From contig CAVPSB010000031.1 in the NCBI GenBank assembly GCA_963708025.1, positions 160,001 to 224,000 of the forward strand: 64,000 bases of DNA, given 5' to 3'. A model generated the notes under the pieces. It was not told the origin of the DNA. It searched no databases and saw only the letters and a program-made list of their open reading frames with translations. The stretch comes from an uncultured Candidatus Rokubacteria bacterium (GTDB lineage Bacteria; Methylomirabilota; Methylomirabilia; Rokubacteriales; DASRDR01). Made by a program: the position numbers and the translations under genes. How positions within the stretch are numbered: the first letter of the stretch is position 1; each line of letters starts with the position of its first letter. Shown piece after piece: positions 58,525-64,000 of the stretch.

Positions 58525-59163
58525 GTGCGAAAGATCGTCGTCGTCGCCCTCCTCGTCACGCTGGTCGCTGGTCTGCTCGTGCTGGCGGCCGCCGGCTACG
58601 AGGCCTGGAGCCTCGGGGCGAGCCTGGCGCGTCTGGTGCGGGATCCCCGCGGTGCCCGCGCGCCGTCCGGCTCGACCGGACGCGAGGTCGCGCCCCGGCA
58701 ACCCGGATCGCGGTCGGCGCCGGCCGAGCCGGCGGGCGAGTCGACGTCCGCCACGGTCAGCTTCACGCTGACGCAGGAGGACCTGGGCCGGCTGCTGGGG
58801 CGACGCGACGGGTGGCTCGGCGGCGCGCTCACCGTGACGCGCGTCGTCACTTGTCGTCTCGCGGCGGGGCGCATCGCCCTCGAGACCGACAACCGGCTCC
58901 GGCTCCTCGGCTTGACCATCGCCGGCTACCCTGGTTACTCCGACTGGAGCCTGAGTCCCCTCCAGTCAGGGCTCGGGGTGAGGTTGAACGAGCTCCGGCT
59001 GCTCGGCGTCACGATCCCGGGCGCGTCCCGGCTGGTGCAGCGGCTCGGGAGGCGGGAGGACGGGTGGGTCGTCGTTCCGACCGGGTCCCGGCACCGGCTC
59101 GAGCGGGTCGAGGCGGCGGATGGGAAGCTGAGCGTCGCGGGGACGGTGCGCGGGCGGACGTAG
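58525..59163 (+). CDS. Membrane-anchored hypothetical protein
   Basis: N-terminal TM helix, low-complexity linker, beta-rich domain. Confidence 0.7.
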   Translation: MRKIVVVALLVTLVAGLLVLAAAGYEAWSLGASLARLVRDPRGARAPSGSTGREVAPRQPGSRSAPAEPAGESTSATVSFTLTQEDLGRLLGRRDGWLGGALTVTRVVTCRLAAGRIALETDNRLRLLGLTIAGYPGYSDWSLSPLQSGLGVRLNELRLLGVTIPGASRLVQRLGRREDGWVVVPTGSRHRLERVEAADGKLSVAGTVRGRT

Positions 59164-59224
59164 GAGCCCGCCGGTGCGAGGGCTGGTCGCCGCGCTCAGC
59201 CCCCGTGAAGAAACCCGAAGAGCT

Positions 59225-60658
59225 TCAGCCCCTCGCCCAGGCCAGATCCGGGCGCCGGGTGTGCCACTCGGTCGCCTGCTCGTAAGCGTAGGCCACCCGG
59301 AGCGCCATCTCTTCCTGGAACGGCTTGGCGTAGACCATCAACCCGATCGGCAGGCCGTCCCGGGTGAACCCGCAGGGCAGCGAGATGCCGCACCAGTTCA
59401 GGATGTTCCCGATCGAGGTGTTGCGGAGGTACCGGCCGTTGTAGTCGCTGTAGCTCTCGCGGGTCGCGTCGATGAACTCCAGCGGCCGCGCGGGGATCAT
59501 CGTCGCGGGGACGATGAGCGCGTCCACGTCCCGCAGCGTGTGCTGGACCTGCCGGCGGTACGCCGCGTAGCGGCGCAGGAGCGCGAAGTAGTCGGTGGCC
59601 GGCATCGTGCGGCCGGCGATCATGCGATGGGACACCACCGGGTCGAGGGCGTCGAAGTGCCGGTCCAGGAACTCCGCGTTGACCGCGCATGCCTCGGCGG
59701 CGGCCAGCAGGGGACGCGCCTTCTCGGCCCAGGCCTGGGCGACCTCGGGCACGGCGACGCTCCCGACGTGGGCCCCGAGGGACTGGAACACCTTGCCCGC
59801 CTCGCGGACGGCCGTCTCGACCTCGGCGTCCACGTCGTCGAAGAAGAGCGTCTCGCCGAACGCGATCCGCAGGCCCCGGACGCCGTCCGTGAGGCCGGCC
59901 AGCGGTTCGTGCGGCGCCACACCCACCGTGGTCTCGTCCGCGAAGTCCACCCCCTGGAGCGCCTGGTAGACCAGGGCCGCGTCCTCCACCGAGCGGGTGA
60001 GGGGGCCGACCGAGTCCAGCGTCCAGGAGAGGGGGTAGACGCCGGCCCGGCTGATCCGCCCCACCGTCGTCTTGAGGCCGACGATGCCACAGAGCGCGGC
60101 GGGGATCCGCACCGACCCCCCGGTGTCGCTCCCCAGCGCCATCGGCACCAGGCCCGCCGCCACCGCCACCGCGGTGCCGCTCGAGGAGCCGCCGGGGGCG
60201 TGCGGCGTCCGGCTCCACGGGTTGTGGGGCGTGCCCTGGTCGTGGTTGATCCCCACGCCCCCGAAGGCGAACTGAACGGTGTAGGTCTTGCCGGCGAGGA
60301 CCATCCCGGCCGCGGCGAGCTTGCGGACGACCGAGCAGTCGGCGCGGGCGACGTTGCCGGCCAGGAGGTGCGTCCCCGCCGTCGTCGGCAGGCCATGGAC
60401 GTCGTAGAGGTCCTTGGCCCCGTACGGGATGCCGTGGAGCGGGCCAAGGTCCTGACCGCTCTTCAGCACGCGCTCGGCGGCGTGCGCCTCGGCCAGCGCT
60501 CGCTCCCGGCTCACCAGGATGAAGGCGTGGAGACGCGGGTCGAGCGCGTCGATCCGCGCCAGGCACTGTTCCGTCAGCGCGACCGGGCTCAGCTCACCGC
60601 GCCGGATGCGGGCGCCCAGCGTGACGAGGGATTCGAAGGCGAGGTCGGGGTCGGCCAT
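59225..60658 (-). CDS. Amidase (amidase-signature family)
   Basis: GPLHGIPYGAKD, PGGSSSG, GSDTGGSVRIPA; ATG 60658 after GGAGG. Confidence 0.93.
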   Translation of the reverse strand: MADPDLAFESLVTLGARIRRGELSPVALTEQCLARIDALDPRLHAFILVSRERALAEAHAAERVLKSGQDLGPLHGIPYGAKDLYDVHGLPTTAGTHLLAGNVARADCSVVRKLAAAGMVLAGKTYTVQFAFGGVGINHDQGTPHNPWSRTPHAPGGSSSGTAVAVAAGLVPMALGSDTGGSVRIPAALCGIVGLKTTVGRISRAGVYPLSWTLDSVGPLTRSVEDAALVYQALQGVDFADETTVGVAPHEPLAGLTDGVRGLRIAFGETLFFDDVDAEVETAVREAGKVFQSLGAHVGSVAVPEVAQAWAEKARPLLAAAEACAVNAEFLDRHFDALDPVVSHRMIAGRTMPATDYFALLRRYAAYRRQVQHTLRDVDALIVPATMIPARPLEFIDATRESYSDYNGRYLRNTSIGNILNWCGISLPCGFTRDGLPIGLMVYAKPFQEEMALRVAYAYEQATEWHTRRPDLAWARG

Positions 60659-60803
60659 GGGGATCCTCCGGTGGGGGTTCGCGGCACGACGACGCCTCCC
60701 GACCCTAGCGACCGCACCGCCTAGCGTCAAGCCCCGCCGCAGGCCCCGCCGCCGAGCCCCGCCCCCGGTTGAGGGGCGGGCGACCCCCGTGCTACAAGGA
60801 GGC

Positions 60804-61208
60804 ATGCCCCGCGCCGCGCTGCGGGCTATCGTCCTGCCCTTCCTGACGGGATGCGCCGCTGTCCCCGCGGATCGCCAGCCCGCCGTGCCCCCCGCATTGC
60901 TCCCGCTCTCCCGCCTCTTCGCCAACCCGCAGGCCACCTGGGGCTATCGCGTGTCGCCAGCCGGCCGCCGCCTCGGCTGGATCAGCTCCCACCAGGGGCG
61001 GACCACGATCTTCTTCAGGGAGATCGACACCGACCGGCGCGGGGTGATCGACACGCATTCCCGGCGGTCGGTCCAGGGATACGTCGTGTTCTCGGACGAG
61101 GGGCACCGGCGCGACTACGGCAACTGGCGGAACGCGATCCGCCACTACACCGAGGGCGAGAGCTTCCTGGCCGATTGTCTGGGCGGTCGCCGCCCCGGGT
61201 CTTCCTGA
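60804..61208 (+). pseudogene. S9 (prolyl oligopeptidase-like) lipoprotein, internally deleted in frame
   Basis: Lipobox LTGC and LFANP..RVSP.GRRLGW N-terminus joined directly to the C-terminal YVVFSDEGH...FLADCLGGR. Confidence 0.72.
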
Positions 61209-61213
61209 TCGGC

Positions 61214-61486
61214 GTGTGGGAAGAGCACTGCGGCCTCTGCTGGCGGGCCGCCGTGGTGCGCGAGTGGGCGGAGCGCCCGGGCTGGATCGAGGTTGACTGC
61301 CCGGCGTGCGGCCCCTTCCGGGTCGAGCGCCGGTTCTGGGTGGCGGCCCACCTGAAGAAGGCCCGGAGCCCGGTCGCCTTCCGGGGCCTGGTCGGGTGGC
61401 TCGCCGAGCACCGCCAGCGGGACTGGCGCCCGGAGATCCCCTTCGACGACTGGGAGGCGGTCGTCCCGCCTCCCGGGGATCGGTAG
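61214..61486 (+). CDS. Small zinc-ribbon-like hypothetical protein
   Basis: CGLC...CPACGPF. Confidence 0.55.
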   Translation: MWEEHCGLCWRAAVVREWAERPGWIEVDCPACGPFRVERRFWVAAHLKKARSPVAFRGLVGWLAEHRQRDWRPEIPFDDWEAVVPPPGDR

Positions 61487-61577
61487 CCGCCGGTCATCCC
61501 GCCCCCGGCGAGGCGGCGGCGGCGCGCACCGCCTTTTCGGGCGCTGGCGCGGCTCGTCCGCTATGATAGGGGGCGAC

Positions 61578-63296
<1,719 letters not shown>

Positions 63297-63355
63297 TCAC
63301 GGGCGCCGGCGGCGCGGCCGCATCCCCGCCTTCCCCCGATTCCCGGACGGGCCCC

Positions 63356-64000
63356 GTGCCGTCGCGCGCCTCCCTGCTCTCCGGGTCGCCAGGCTTCCGC
63401 TGGCTCTGGCTGGCGACCCTGGTCTCGACGCTCGGCGACTGGATGGGCTTCGTCGCCCTCAACCTCTACGTCTTCGCCCTCACCGGCTCGGCGACCGCGC
63501 TGGCCGGCGTGCTCGCCGCCGAGGCGGTGCCTGCCCTGCTCCTGGGGCCGGCGGCGGGGGTCGTCGCGGATCGCGTCAGCCGGCGGCGCATCATGATCGT
63601 GGCCAACCTGGTGGCGGCAGTCACCTACGCCCTGCTGGCGCTTTCGACCTCGCTCTGGCAGATCTACGCGCTGGCGCTCCTGACCCGCACGACGGCCACG
63701 TTCTTCGGGACGGCCGAGCGGGCGCTGATCCCCGACCTGGTCGGTCCTGATCGAGCCCTGGCCGCCAACTCCGCGCTGAGCGCCGCCACCTTCACCACGC
63801 TGGTCGTGGGGCCGGCCGCCGCCGGCCTGCTGGTGGCGGCGTACGGGGCGCCGGTGGCCCTGTGGGCCAATGCCCTGAGCTTCGTCGGGTCGGCTCTCTG
63901 CATCGCCCGCGTCGGGGAGCCGCCCACCGGCGGGTGCCCGGCCGGCCCGGACCGGCCGGGCTGGCTCGACGACATCCGGGCCGGTCTCGGCTACGCGCTC
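63356..64000 (+). CDS. MFS transporter (DHA3-like; runs off window)
   Basis: FRWLWLATLVSTLGDW, GVVADRVSRRRIM, ALIPDLV. Confidence 0.88.
   Translation, partial: MPSRASLLSGSPGFRWLWLATLVSTLGDWMGFVALNLYVFALTGSATALAGVLAAEAVPALLLGPAAGVVADRVSRRRIMIVANLVAAVTYALLALSTSLWQIYALALLTRTTATFFGTAERALIPDLVGPDRALAANSALSAATFTTLVVGPAAAGLLVAAYGAPVALWANALSFVGSALCIARVGEPPTGGCPAGPDRPGWLDDIRAGLGYAL

Noticed and set aside
59225-60658. gatA
   Set aside because: No gatB/gatC nearby and no GatA-specific features recognised; generic amidase.

Overview
High-GC bacterial chromosomal window. Gene content and an ABC_sub_bind relic are compatible with a Ca. Rokubacteria/Methylomirabilota-like genome (inference only). In order: (1) aldo/keto reductase and enolase-superfamily genes; (2) a rearranged, reduced aryl-polyene (ape)-like type II FAS/PKS cluster (1998-12317), with the KS/CLF pair on the opposite strand directly behind a class III aminotransferase; (3) msrB, pirin, two stand-alone receivers, an SDR and an orphan CoxL-like Mo subunit; (4) an accessory island after IS91/RIT-integrase relics encoding GT2s, a nucleotidyltransferase, an APH-type kinase, an HprK-like P-loop kinase, a phosphodiesterase and a GT4; (5) cNMP-thioredoxin reductase and an SRPBCC / BNR-MoaD-DoxX block with two ECF42-type promoters; (6) GT39, an LLM monooxygenase, and a sugar-acid ABC/dehydratase operon; (7) a TA-rich patch and a SNF2-SWIM pair; (8) miscellaneous genes, many gene relics, an amidase, a heavily frameshifted glnS and a partial MFS. 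The most notable non-gene signals are a ~95-bp hairpin MITE/REP-like element inserted in frame into two unrelated proteins, a recurrent GTCGAC->GTCAAC/GTTGAC change that hits conserved Asp codons (methylation footprint or basecalling artefact), ends-only internally deleted genes, and a secreted 13-aa-repeat protein. I saw no rRNA, tRNA or CRISPR array. Scattered single-base frameshifts suggest an imperfectly polished assembly.
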